Source: Phoronis australis (taxonomy: Eukaryota; Animalia; Phoronida). From it: a stretch of 64,000 nt of DNA. The stretch's first letter is position 1. The number at the start of each line of letters is the position of its first letter. Below, one piece after another: positions 11,084 through 36,355 of this stretch. The position numbers were made by a program, and so were the translations under genes. Location of the stretch: NCBI GenBank assembly GCA_002633005.1, contig NMRA01000732.1:62001-126000 (forward strand). Direction: 5' to 3'. Under the pieces are notes generated by a model, which was not told the DNA's origin, made no database searches, and worked only from the letters and a program-made list of their open reading frames with translations.

Positions 11084-14019
11084 TAGACCGGCAGCCCAGA
11101 GCACTTAGCGTAGATGAACGAGGTACCAACATCTGACCACGGGAGCATTTAAAGTCCACTTCAGTATGTACAGAAATGGACGTCTGCCGTTGTCTGCACT
11201 CTGGGTGTGACCCCTGGGGGCCTTACAAAGGGCCCCAAAATGAGCTAGACTAGATATTCGAGGTTCCAACCAAACTGATTTAAAACGAACAATAGTACCG
11301 CACTGAACACCGAATGACCCATGACAGACAAATTGCACTCTGGAATGGGTCCGGCAGAAACCAAAAAGGACCCCCCCAAAAAAATGAGCTAGCTTATACA
11401 TTTGTGGTACCTCACAAAACCAATTCCATGAGGTTCAATACATGTCACAGGTCACTAAATGCCCTATATGACAGACAAAATACACTCTGGATTGTGCCTG
11501 GAAGAAACCCTCAAAAATCTCAACCACAATATATGCTATCAAAACTTTGAGGTACATTAGATACCCGAGGTACCGGCTAAAACTGACTTAAAACCAATAA
11601 TCCACCAGATGACCCATGACAGACAACAAATTGTGCTCTGGAAGGCGTTCGCCAGAAACTCAATTACACTGGAAAAGAAGCTAGGTCATCATTCGGGGTA
11701 CCACAATAAACAATTCCATGTGATTTAAATAGATGTTACTGGTTACCAAATACGCTATACAGTTAAAACCCAGTGTGGGTTGTGCTCGCCAGCCCCAGAA
11801 ATCTCAACTACCGGTCAATAATTTTGAATATATATGACATATTAGATAATGAGCTTATACTTTTGCGTCTACTGAGCTCTCACACTGGATGTCAAATGGA
11901 TGATGGCGGAGAGTAAGCATTTTGGAAAGTATACCTGATAACAGTAAAATTTTGGGATAACAGGAACTGTCTAAAACCAATCCATAACGCTAAACCCTCG
12001 TGAGAGACCGCCCCGAGATGGATGCTGGAGCAACTCGGGGCGGTCTGGGATCAAGCGGAAAAACCACAGGGTAAATCTGTGGTCGACGAATCTATTCGGT
12101 CGATTACATTTTATTGCCCGTGAAGCCGCTAAGGGCTGCCTGAAGAAATATGACTCGCGCGTTTGTATTTTCGCCTTTTTCAATAACATGTAAAAGATTC
12201 ATCAACAAATTCCTCGTAAAATTCTGAAAACAAGCGTTTTTCTCCCACGAAAATCGATGAAGTTTTGGCCGAGATATTTCACTTTCAGTCCAGGCTAGCC
12301 CTGCACNNNNNNNNNNNNNNNNNNNNNNNNNNNNNNNNNNNNNNNNNNNNNNNNNNNNNNNNNNNNNNNNNNNNNNNNNNNNNNNNNNNNNNNNNNNNNN
12401 NNNNNNNNNNNNNNNNNNNNNNNNNNNNNNNNNNNNNNNNNNNNNNNNNNNNNNNNNNNNNNNNNNNNNNNNNNNNNNNNNNNNNNNNNNNNNNNNNNNN
12501 NNNNNNNNNNNNNNNNNNNNNNNNNNNNNNNNNNNNNNNNNNNNNNNNNNNNNNNNNNNNNNNNNNNNNNNNNNNNNNNNNNNNTCAGGATTTCCAGAGG
12601 CCTCCCTTTCCCTTTCCTAAACAGTGCTGCTGTGACGTCACACCCTGTCATTGCATGCAATTTTCAGGCAATGCTGCAGCGAGACCCCTTGTTACCGAAA
12701 CACATCGTTGTTTATATATTTATTTAAATAGCATTGGGACTCCACTGCGTGGCTGCGCACCAAATTAGGGGTGATTTGTATTTTATCACGGAAGACATTA
12801 TGTCGGCCATCGACAAATGACTCCGCGAAACTAAAACATTGCAAAATACACTACACTGAATTTCGACATCATGTAAAAATTTCTTCAAAAAGTTACAACT
12901 AGGCGAGTTAACTGTCTTATATCTTGACACCCGTCTGCTTTTCGCTTGTAGTGATCATGAGAGTAAACACAGGCTTTAGTGAACGAAAGTTTTTATAATT
13001 AGTTTTTGTTTCCTGCGGTCCCGGTTTTTGCAGTTAACTTATTAAATACACAACTTTTGTCACCAATTGTGTACTTCGATTTTCGTGGTGCAATTTTTAA
13101 TATCTTGTCCAGTTGTTTGGATTTCCCACCCGAGTACTTGAACTAGCAGGGGAAAGCTGAATGAACGATTGTACCTCCATTTTTAAGGTCCTTTCTGGGT
13201 TTTTGGCAGACTATTTCCGAGCAAAATTTGTCTTTCACGGGTAATTGGGTTTTCAGTGCAGTACGATTGTTGGTTTTAAATCAGTTTAAACAGATACCTT
13301 AAAAACTAACTGTCTCAAAAATGGCAAACCGTGGTTGAGATTTTTGAGGGTTTCTGCCAGGGACAATCCAGAGTGCATTTTGTCTGCCGGTCATAGGGCA
13401 TTTAGTGACCTGTATTGTTTTGTGGTATCTGGAATGTATGTGCTAGCTCATTTTTTGGGTCTTTTTTGGTTTCTGCCGGACCCATTCCAGAGTGCAGTTT
13501 GTCTGTCATGGGTCATTCAATGTTCAGTGCGGTACTATTGTTCGTTTTCAATCAGTTTTGGCCGGTACCTCGAAAATCTAGTCTAGCTCAAATTTTTGAT
13601 GGCATACCATGGTCGAGATTTTTGGGGGTTTCTGCCGGGCACAACCCAGAGTGTATTTTGCCTGTCATACGGGTTTTAGTGATCTGCGACATGTATTGAA
13701 TCACATGGAATTGGTTTTGTGTGGTACCTCGAATGTATGTGCTAGCTCATTTTTGGGGGGTCCTTTTTCGGTTTCTGCTGGGCCCATTCCAGAGTGCAAT
13801 TTGTCTGTAATGGGTCATTCGGTGTTCAGTGGTTGGTACCTCAAATATCTAGTCTAGCTCATTTTTTGGGCTGTTTGTAAGGCCCCCAGGGGTCACACCC
13901 AGAGTGCAGACAACGACAGACGTCCATTTCTGTACATACTGAGGTGGACTTTAAATGCTCTAGTGGTCAGATGTTGGTACCTCGTTCATCTATGCTAAGT
14001 GCTCTGGGCTGACGGTCTA
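11084..14019 (-). mobile_element. AcademX-type DNA transposon deletion derivative (long internally repetitive TIRs, 3-bp TSD AAG, XPG-like fragment)
   Basis: Termini TAGACCGGCAGCCCAGAGCAC...GTGCTCTGGGCTGACGGTCTA, with AAG at 11081-83 and 14020-22. The ~750-800 bp inverted arms are built of ~300-bp subrepeats. Minus-strand 12586-12690 encodes AALP/LHAMTGCDVTAALFRKGK.RP. Confidence 0.85.
12307..12584. other. Assembly gap (N run)
   Basis: Run of n. Confidence 0.99.
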
Positions 14020-14319
14020 AAGGCTCTCCAGAGTCCTCATCACGCCGAATTTCATCCATCCAAGAACGTGGTCGATAAGGCAGATGCCATTCAGGCGCAA
14101 AAAAGTAAAGTCAAATCCGTCCTAAAATCGGCACCACCCATTCTTCCTTCATACGATCACACAGAAGGGGAAAGTAACTCCAATTTTTTACCTCTTTAGA
14201 GAAATATAAAAACAATGCATTAGCACCCTCAAAGATAAAGAGGAAGAATTAATCAATGGCCAGATTGCAGTCAGGACAGAATTGGCCGATTACTATTCCA
14301 CCATGTCAGACTCCGAATC

Positions 14320-14712
14320 CATTTGAAAATGGGAAGAGGTTTCTTAAACAGAAAGCTATTTACCAAATTTCATAAAAATCCATCAAGTTACTTCAGAGAA
14401 AAAGAGGAAAACGAAAAAAATGAAATTGACACTAAGGAGCATTGTTGGATCCTTCTGAAAATCGTGGTCCACAGTCAACTTCATATAAATACACTTGCTG
14501 AATTTAGTAAAGATTCAGTAGAGGGTTTAGGAGACAGCCATGGGTGCAAAAAAGAACTGCCACCAGGAGGTGCCACAGTAGTCAAAGTCATCGCAGCATC
14601 ATTGGCAGCCATCCTCTTCAGAGTAGGAACATATACGCCAATTTTCACAATCATCCTTGTTAGTGTAGTTTGGTTGACTGCTGGGGAGACACAACAGACT
14701 CGAAAACAGTAA
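14320..14712 (+). mobile_element. HINE family 1 internal fragment
   Basis: Shares ACCAAATTTCATAAAAATCC and CTGCCACCAGGAGGTGCCACAGTAGTC with the full copies. Confidence 0.75.
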
Positions 14713-14850
14713 TTAACACAGAAAATGTCAAGATAACCAAGGATGTACACCTTTTGGAAAAAGCTTTCCCCTACAATACAGGACCATTCCTTTCTTTATG
14801 TGATCGGAACAGGAAATCTAGAACTCGTACTGTTACTTCATATATATCAG

Positions 14851-14856
14851 TTTATT
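14851..14856 (-). promoter_or_regulatory. Candidate polyadenylation signal (AATAAA) of the Ran transcript
   Basis: TTTATT on the plus strand, ~400 nt downstream of the Ran stop codon, just before repeat sequence begins. Confidence 0.4.
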
Positions 14857-15256
14857 TCAATCTCTATTGTATATTAGCAAAAGTGGAGATTTACATGTCA
14901 ACGGGAACATAAATAAAATACCATTTTATCCTGTTGAACGAAAAAGGAAGTATTAATATAAGCAGTCAAACATGCTCTAGCAAAACACACCACATGTCAA
15001 GTAACAATGATATTTTATGACAATTTGCTAATGGAATCCAGACAAAAATGGTAGATAAACATAACAAAAAGGGCAGCTCTTGCTGCACTGATGAACATTT
15101 CAAGTCTTCGTTAACTGTAAAAAGTTTGTACACAGAGTTACTGGGCTAAGTGTAATTCAGCACTTAACATACACTCATCTCTAGGAGCCAATTTCATATG
15201 TAGTGGGAGAGCGTGGCTTACTATCAGTAAAAGCAATGAGTTGAGCATGCAGCACT

Positions 15257-27676
<12,420 letters not shown>

Positions 27677-27729
27677 ACTCCCTCTAAAAATCTGCCATTA
27701 CATTCGCAAACTCAACTTCTGTAGTGGCC

Positions 27730-28150
27730 GTGTGTGACGTTTGCGAGATTTGGGACAGCTGGTGACGTCACTGAGTAAAGTTCAAAATATGTGTCTCGCG
27801 CTGAGAAATTGTAGCCAAAATCACGGGCTCTCACTGAAATCAAGCGGTAATATCTCGCAGAGTCTTGTTTACCTAGCATGGTTCTTACGTAGTGAATTCT
27901 ATTCTGGCTTCCGTTACCGATTGACATGCACATTCTACATGCTTAGAAATGTCGTCTGCCGCCGGTAGGCAATAAAGATTATTTTAAAAACCGAGAGATG
28001 TTTCAGATACTGACGTTGACTCAGATGTAGATACGACAGATAATCCAGGGCCGGACGGTGGTGATATTGCCGGGCTCAGTCACAGAATCGCAAATATGCG
28101 TGTCACAAATGGTGAACCGAATTTTTGCCGACGTCACACATCGGCAATAC
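27730..28150 (-). promoter_or_regulatory. Probable Ran 5'/promoter region: CpG-enriched, with a palindromic CRE GTGACGTCAC (27762-27771) and a candidate UTR-exon donor AG|GTAAAC at 27872
   Basis: CpG is locally enriched relative to the flanks, and the region lies just upstream of the first coding exon. Confidence 0.45.
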
Positions 28151-29257
28151 AAATGAATACAATTCGCTCTATTACCTTGAGAATAGATGGTTTTCATCTG
28201 GAAGAGTGAGTTAGTGACAATCCTGAAAATTATGGGAATTCCATAATTGAAAGCGTTTGATTATCCATTTGGTATCTTTTTAGAAATATTGGTTGCCATC
28301 AACAGGCCTAACACTCCCTTCCAAGTAGATGGAAAACGCACATGAATTGTTTTGTTTACTCTACCTAATTTGCATTCATAAGGGAGGACTCAGCATATTG
28401 TGCAGTTTTTGCAAGAGTTCTGGTAGTGCAAAAGTTTAATGTTGTACCAGATCCAGAGCATCGAATTCAGATTATAAGAATGCAGTGCAAGACATTACAC
28501 TCACAGAATGAGGGAAAACGTAGACTCTGCTATCAAGATATAAAAATATGACTGACTTTACAAAGACACGTCACTTGGACTACGTCTACTTCATGGGAAA
28601 AGTTTATTTCTTTTTTGTACTTAGTTGACATTGACATCACAATTATTGAGTAGCCTAAAACATTTCCCCATACTGTTTCAAACACCTCTATAAACTTCTG
28701 TTTTAAAGTCATTGACTAAACAAATGGGTTATGACATATGTGATATGTTTGTAAATAAGTCCAACTTTTAAAAATAAAAAGTTGAATAAACACAGTTATT
28801 TGTTTGCACTACTGTGCATTACTATTAAAATGCGTGGGTAAAAATAAGGTGCACAAAAAACTGCACACTAGCTTATGGAGAACGTTGACCGCCGCGCGGT
28901 TCCGGCATGTTGCAGTTTCTGCGCGTGCGACCTGTTTAGATTTTCAGATGTGGAAAACACTGCTTGTCATGACCTAGAGCCAAGTGACACTTCATGTTCG
29001 ACACAGGCTAAAACCTTTGCAAAGCATACGAGCAACGGCATATTTACAGCAGCACATTTACACTCGTATTCCACTCATAAACAAAAAAAAAAAACAAAAA
29101 CAAATACAGAACTCTTCTGAGTGACCCAATCGAACTCGTATTTCACTACTTCCAGTCATTTTTTTCCAAGTTTCACTCGCAATTTGAGTCCATGGTTGCT
29201 GCCAGGGGCGGTGGTCACAGGGACATTTTGTTCTTAGCAATTTCTGCAGCCAATTAA

Positions 29258-30659
29258 CCCTATCGTGTTTCTATTTACAGCAAAATCACCATATGGTGAA
29301 GACCACATTAAATTGAGAAATTCCACTTATTTTGAGTGCATGTACAAAAATGACCATAACTTTACTATTTGGCAAGATATTAACTTGATTTTTGGAACAT
29401 ATATCCGACATATGATGGTGTTCATGTAGCTGTTGACTTTATGAGCGAAACTCATCAAATTATCAGGTAAATGCTGGTAAAGGTAGCAAATAATGTGCTT
29501 GTCAATTAAATTACGCCATTTCCATCCAAAATATCACTGTTTTTATTGCTTAGACAATAAAATAATTAATTCACAATGTTCTTCAATTCATTCTAAGAAG
29601 TCAGGTAAGTATTCACCGCATTACCAAGACAATATGTTAGATAATAACAAGCAGGTAACAACCAAGTCAACCGGCAGAAAGATGAACACAATGTACAAGC
29701 CCAAAATCTTAGGATAATTTGGTTTGCAATAACAGTTAAGACCAAAAACATACTCAGCAAAATGTTAAACAACAGTCACAGGTTACCATTTAACCATTAC
29801 CTGAAGGTAATGAGCCACAACAAACAAGTAGGTATAGGTAAGTACAGGTAAGTCATATTCCGAATTCACGACATTTTGAATTGTATGTAATGCATGAAAT
29901 AAACTTTACTGTCTTAGAAAATGTTACTTTTATTATTGGCAACTACTTAATACCCATCATGATCCCAATAAAGAAAAAAAAACTTTATTTCATCAGGGCA
30001 TGTTGGCTGCCATTTTGTTTCCAGTAATGTTGTAAAATTCTGCTGGCCAAAAAGATTCGTTCCCTGAGACACCATTTCAAAAATAATATCTGGCAAAGCA
30101 GTTTGAAACAGTGAACAGGTTTGGCTGAAGGTTATAAGTCATGATTAACACTGGTTATTTCAGTAAATCCCATTAAATTATTATTGCACAAGTCCCGAGA
30201 CCAATCGGCACCAAGTGCTGCTAATACTGGATCGGCAACATCGGCGATTTCATCATCGCCCTTATCCCCAGTCGACGAAACATCGTAGATATTAGCTTCA
30301 GATTTATTTTTGACAACAAGTCCTTCACAAATTCGAAGAAATTCGGCTACTTGTGCATTCGTAAAACCGCCGAAACTAGCGTCACTGTCACAGGCGTTGT
30401 TTTCACCGGAAGCCACGAGACATTTAAATTTTCGGAAACAAGTTCAAAAATTACCCGAAAATTACCTCAAAAAACTTCAGATTCAATTGTCAGACATCGT
30501 GAAATGTGGTAGGACGAACAGACGGATGTTTACAACGGAAATAACGTTCAGACTCGAGAATATGCGTGAATGGACTGGAACTGTATTGATGAAGGTAAGG
30601 TTGGCCGGTTTGAGCCGGGTTGGTTGCATACGGCAGCGGCCGGGTTCGTTTCGAAAGGG
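29258..30659 (-). mobile_element. Decayed piggyBac element with the 5' part of its transposase
   Basis: TTAA|CCCTATCG...CGAAAGGG|TTAA. Minus-strand remnants read SDASFGGFT, WSRDL...PVHCFKLL, FEMVSQGTNLFGQQ and DEIKFFFFIGIMMGIK*LP, matching the piggyBac TNxYA and ExxxFxGxxxxMGxxxLP motifs. Confidence 0.8.
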
Positions 30660-31138
30660 TTAAAGAATGTCTGCATTGCTGAAATTGACACTTAGTCTGA
30701 AGTCAACCACAGCCTCACATAATATGCAACAAATTTATTTATCAAAAGAACCCAGCGCTCAACTTGGTGACCTGTGCAGGTAGCCAATGTGGCCTCAAAT
30801 TCTGTTTGGTGATCTGAGAAAAATTCCAAGTCCCAACGAAGTCCCCAGTGCAAGTACCAAAGTCCGACAACTACTTCTAAATTCGTTTCAAAGTTCGTGT
30901 GCTCACTTCCAAACATTAAATTACAAACACTTTTCCTAGGTTATTACCATTGATTCACAATTGTTATGTTTATTTCATGAAATCAGCGCATTTGGCACCA
31001 CGCTTAAATTACAACACGAAGTACACAGAAATGTCTCAATTGTTCAGCAAAGATTGGCCAAAATCAGTGAAACTTGTTCTAGGGTAAGTGTATGTGGACG
31101 ACCATTTAGCCACAAGAGCCAAGACTGGAAAATTCTTG

Positions 31139-32892
31139 AACAAGAGCAACGCAGAGAGTTGAAATGCGCCCACGAATGCATTGCAAATGGTGTGCTTTTA
31201 GGGTTGTTTATTTGTGTCATAAAAATTGCCACTATATGGCGCAAAAACGTACAATCCATCCGAAAACGGGGACATGTCATTGCTTCTTCAGAGGAAAGCG
31301 ATACACCAAATTTCATAGAAATCCGTCACGGAACTTCAGAGAAACAAACGCAAACAGAATAAAATGAAATTGCCACTAGGGGGGGGGGGGGGGGNGGCAC
31401 ACTGTTCATTGCATCCGTCTGAAAGTCGTCATTGTCTGTTGTTAGCTTCATATAAATACACTTACTAATTAAATTTAATAAAGATCCTGCAGTGGGTTTA
31501 GGAGATACAGCTATGGGCGCAAAACAAAACTACCACTAGGAGGCGCCACAGTAGTCGAAGTTGTCACCGTCACCCGTCCTCTTCATACTGAGAACATATA
31601 CGCCAATTTTCAAAACCATCCTTGGAATGATTTGGTTGATAAAGGGGTAGATGCAAAAAAACGGACTCGAAAAAAAAGCAAAAATGGCCACTAGGTGGCA
31701 CAAAATACCTTGATTCCATCCGACAATGGGAGGATAGCATCATCTCACCGATAGATGCCCATATTCAATATTTTATGAAAATCTGTTGAGGACCTTTGAA
31801 GACACAGAAGTAAATGCAAAACTAAAATTGCCACCAGCAGGCACACAGTCAGATCCATCCAAAAATCGTCGTCATCCGTAGTTAACATCATATAAAAACA
31901 ACATCATATAAACACACTTGTTAAATTTAGTAAAGATCCTGCAAACAGTTTAGGAGATGCAGCCATGGGCGCAAAAACATAACTGCCACTAGGAGGTGCC
32001 ACAGTAGTCGAAGTAATCAGCCATCCACTTCATAGTAAAAACATACATGCCAATTTCTACAATTATCCTGAAAGCGGTCTGGTTGATAGAGGGGTGGACG
32101 CCAAAAAACAGACTAAAAAAACAGTAAACATGTCCACTAGGTGGCACAAACTAGGTTGAAATAATTTGAAAACGTAAAGATAGCGTCACCTCACTAACAG
32201 AGACCTGTAAACCAAATTTTATGAAAATACAATGAGGACCTTTGAAGATACTGAAGTAAACGTGAAAAAATAAAATTGCCACTAGGTGGCACACCAGAAG
32301 TCAGATCTGTTCGAAAATTGTCGTCCGTTGTCATCATCATATAAATGCACTTACTAAATTAGTAAAGAACCTGCTAACGGTTTAGGATATAGCAATAGGC
32401 GCAAAAAAAAAACAACTGCCACTAGGAGGCACCACAGTAGTCGAAGTCGTAGGAAAATCATCGTCAACCGTCCTCTTCATAGTAAGAACATACATGATAA
32501 TTTTCACAATCATGCTTAGAGCGGTTTGGGTGATAGAGGGGCGGACGTTAAAAAACAGACTCGAAAACAGTAGAAACGGCCACTAGGTGGCGCAAACTAC
32601 ATCGAATCCATCCGAAAACGGGAGGATAAAGCGTCTCACTAATACCAAATTTTGTGAAAATATGTTAAGGACCTTTGAAGACACGGAGGTAAAAAACAAA
32701 AATTGCCACTAGGGGTCATACCGGTAGTCGGAGCAGTCTGAAAGTTTGCTCATGCCGTCCCATTCATGAAAGGAACACATGTGCAAAATTTCATGAACAC
32801 ACGTCAATCGGTTTTAGAGACAGAGCAACGGACGCCGCCCGGACGAAGATCAAGGCACATTGCGTCCACATACAAATGTGTGCGCATAAAAA
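31139..32892 (+). mobile_element. Full-length Helentron/HINE-like element, family 1, with ~10 tandem ~150-bp subunits (three-subunit higher-order repeat of ~450 bp)
   Basis: The 5' end is AACAAGAG, a short palindrome and the subTIR ATGCGCCCAC. The 3' end is the hairpin TGCGTCCACAT..ATGTGTGCGCA followed by TAAAAA. Each subunit carries CCACTAGG(T/A/G)GGC. Confidence 0.85.
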
Positions 32893-33503
32893 TGTAAACA
32901 AATGCCAACTTATCTTTCAAATGACGTTGACAACACCTATGACACAAACGGTGATGCTGAGAAAGGCAAATGACGACGTCAATGCCAACAAAACATACTC
33001 TGTGACAACATAACTGCCAACAAAGCCACATTGCTCAGCCAATAACAACAATATCACAGTTTAACAGAAAAAATGTTGACATTATGTATAATTGTTGACA
33101 TACCTTAAACCTTGCCACTACAGGTTGTTCTGCCATTTTCACCTGAAAATATTGAAAGATCATTTTGTGAATTACAAAACTCTACACAATTCTTTTTCTA
33201 CTAGATTTCTAAATGCAGCCAATGTAAGCCTTCCGGGCATACACAAGAATTTTACAAAAATATGCAGACACAAAATCGCATCTTCATGGTCAGTCGGCTT
33301 TGGTGACTTTAAGGTCAATATCTTCACATAGGAATGTAAATTCGGAATGTTATTTTTGCAAACTATATATCAGTTCTTTAATATGATGTATCACGTGTCT
33401 ATCTAAGTTAGCTACAGGTAGCTTTGTAACCATATTTACCAAACATTTCGACACAAAATTGATATTTTCTCCCCAACCGTAAGTCCAATTTCAAAATACG
33501 TTC

Positions 33504-33807
33504 TTTACAATCCAACTCTATTAATGTACATACTTGATTCTACTATTTTCTGAATCCTCTAGTCACGGCGATTCCAAAAATGTATTACTTGTACTAACTG
33601 GTCGCTTCTTATTCATAATGTCCGACGCAAAGGTAGAAAATAAAATTGCTACTGAGTTACATCATTTCGATTCAAGCTTTCATGATCCAAAAATTCACCA
33701 TCTAACTTTACATATTGTTTACAATCCAACTCTATTAATGTACATACTTGATTCTACTATTTTCTGAATCCTCTAGTCACAGTGATTCCAAAAATGTATT
33801 ACTTGTA
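33504..33807. repeat. ~90-bp direct repeat; a related inverted copy lies at ~42158-42250 (dispersed family 'C')
   Basis: TTTACAATCCAACTCTATTAATGTACATACTTGATTCTACTATTTTCTGAATCCTCTAGTCAC occurs twice. Confidence 0.65.
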
Positions 33808-36355
33808 TTCATAGGCATTCACTTGCAACACAGATTAAGCGAGGCAGACAATTTTTAAAAGTGCGCCACCTTTCGGCAGGATTGATAACTGAAGTTGGTT
33901 CGATGCAGAATGTGTTTCTGTGTTCATGCATTTTAGCCTGCCAGTGATATTAGTTATCTTATTACATAATTTCACTTGTTTGAAACAATTCTTGGAGACG
34001 ACACATGTCCGCGAGAAGTTGAGTGTTTTTAGGATGACATTTGACTGTGAGAATGTGCACTCGTGTTTTTCTAAAGAAGTTTTGAAAAGACACCCCTTTA
34101 AATGACCATTTAGGTTGTTTACACAGTTTCCCTAATGTGCCACGCAGTATAGACAGGATACCTATCGTCGTCAGGCTCCAATGGTCATCTGCCATCTTCT
34201 TTCGCATGCAGCGCAGCCAAACAAGACTTCGCATTCCAATCTGGAATGCTCGTCTGCTCATTAGGTACTAACCTCTTGGGAGAAACACGCATTGAAGAAC
34301 TGAGACGAAATTCAGTGCATTTAGCGACTGTTGAAACCACTTAAAAACTTGTAGTTTTTATCAATGCATTTTTTGTTCATTTTCAGAAGATATTTCATTT
34401 TTGAAATTAAATTTTCTTCAAACAGAACAAAAAACAACCCAAGGATGTACTGTATCGATTTGTCCCACGCACTAACCGACACCTGTTAGGCCAAAGGAAA
34501 AACGCAGCAGCCAAATGCAACATGGTGGGTGCTTAACAGTTTCGGCCCATGCATTGGTCATCAAAATATTGTCCACTTGTTTTTTAATGCAAAACACAGT
34601 ACTGAACTCGACTTTTATGTTGAATTTTTTGGTTCAGGCATTTTGGATTTATTTGAGGAAAATTAAAATACTTGAATTGATAGAGAATGGCCACCAATAA
34701 AGTTAAACATTTACTTTATTTCACTATATTGCATTGTTACATACAACACAGCATGACATAATTAACAAGAGCAATGCAGAGCGTTGAAATGCGCCCACGA
34801 ATGCATTGCAAATGGTGTGCTTTTAGGGTTATTTATTTGTATCATAAAAATGGCCACTATATGGCGCAAAAAAGTACAATCCATCCAAAAATGGGAACAC
34901 GTCATATTTCACAAAAATCTGTCAAGGAACTTCAGAGAAACAAAGGAAAACAGAACAAAATGAAATTGCCACTTGCGGGCACAGTGTCCGTTCCATCCGC
35001 ATGAAAGTCATCGTCTGTTATCTTCATATAAATTCACTTAATAAATTTAATAAAGATCCTGCAGTGGATTTTGGAGATACAGCTATGGGCAAAAAAAAAC
35101 TACCACTAGGAGGTGCCACAGTAGTCAGTCGCCATCATCAAACGTCCTCTTCCCAATGAAAAGATATACGGCAATTTTCAAAACCATCCCTAGAATGATT
35201 TGGTTGATCGAGGGGTGGACACCACAAACAAGACTTGAAAACAACAATAATGGCCACCAGGTGGCGCAAAATACCTTGATTCCACCCAAAAACAGGATGA
35301 TAGCGTAATCTCACCAATAGATGCCTATATTCAAAATTTCATGAAAATCTGTTGAGGACATTGGAAGATACAGACTGGTAAACGTAAAAAACTAAAATTG
35401 CCACCAGTATTCAGATCCGTCCGAAAGTCGTAGTCGTCCATTGTCAACATCATATAAATACACTTGCTAAATTAAGAAAAGATCCTGCAAACGGTTTAAT
35501 AGATACAGCCATGAGCGCAAAAAAAAAAAAACTGCCACAAGGAGGCGCCACAGTAGTCGAACTAGTCGGAAAATTGACGTCAGCCGTCCACTTCATAGTA
35601 AAAACATACATGCAAATTTTCACAATTATCCTGAAAGCAGTTAGGATGATAGACGAGTGGACACCAAAAAACAGACTCGAAAACAGTAAAAATGGCCATT
35701 AGGTGGCGCAAACTAGGTCAAATCCATCTGAAAACGGAGAGGTAGCGTCACCTAATTAACAGATGCCCGTATGCCAAATTTTATGAAAATACGTTGAAGA
35801 CCTTTGAACAAACAGAGGTAAACGTAAAAAAATAAAATTGCCACTAGGTGGCACACCAGCAGTCAGATCTGTCTGAAAGTCGTCGTCCTTCGTTGTTAAT
35901 ATCATATAAATACACTTACTAAATTTAGCAAAGATCCTATGAACGGTTTAGGGGATACAGCCATACTGATAGAGGCAAAAAACTAGGAGGCGCCACAGTA
36001 GTTGAAGTCGTCGGAAAATCATCATCAGCCGTCCACTTCACAGTAAGAACATACATGCCAATTTTTCACAATCATCCTTAGAGTGGTTTGATTGATAGAC
36101 TCGAAAACAGTAAAAATGGCCACTAGGTGGTGCAAACTTCGTCAAATCTATCTGAAAACGGGAGGATAGCGTCATCTCACTAATAGGTGCCTATTCACCT
36201 ATTTCACGAAAGCGCCATCTTCCCGCGCCATCTTTAAATACTGATCGAAAACGAGGCACACTGATAAAACCTCTTGAGTGATCATCAGCTGGCCATGGTG
36301 TACTGTGCAGTGCCTGAACGTACCAATTCCAGTAATATCTCGTCGGTATCCTTCC

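Noticed and set aside
33962-34261. 99-aa minus-strand ORF
   Set aside because: No recognisable domain or splice context; possibly decayed TE sequence.
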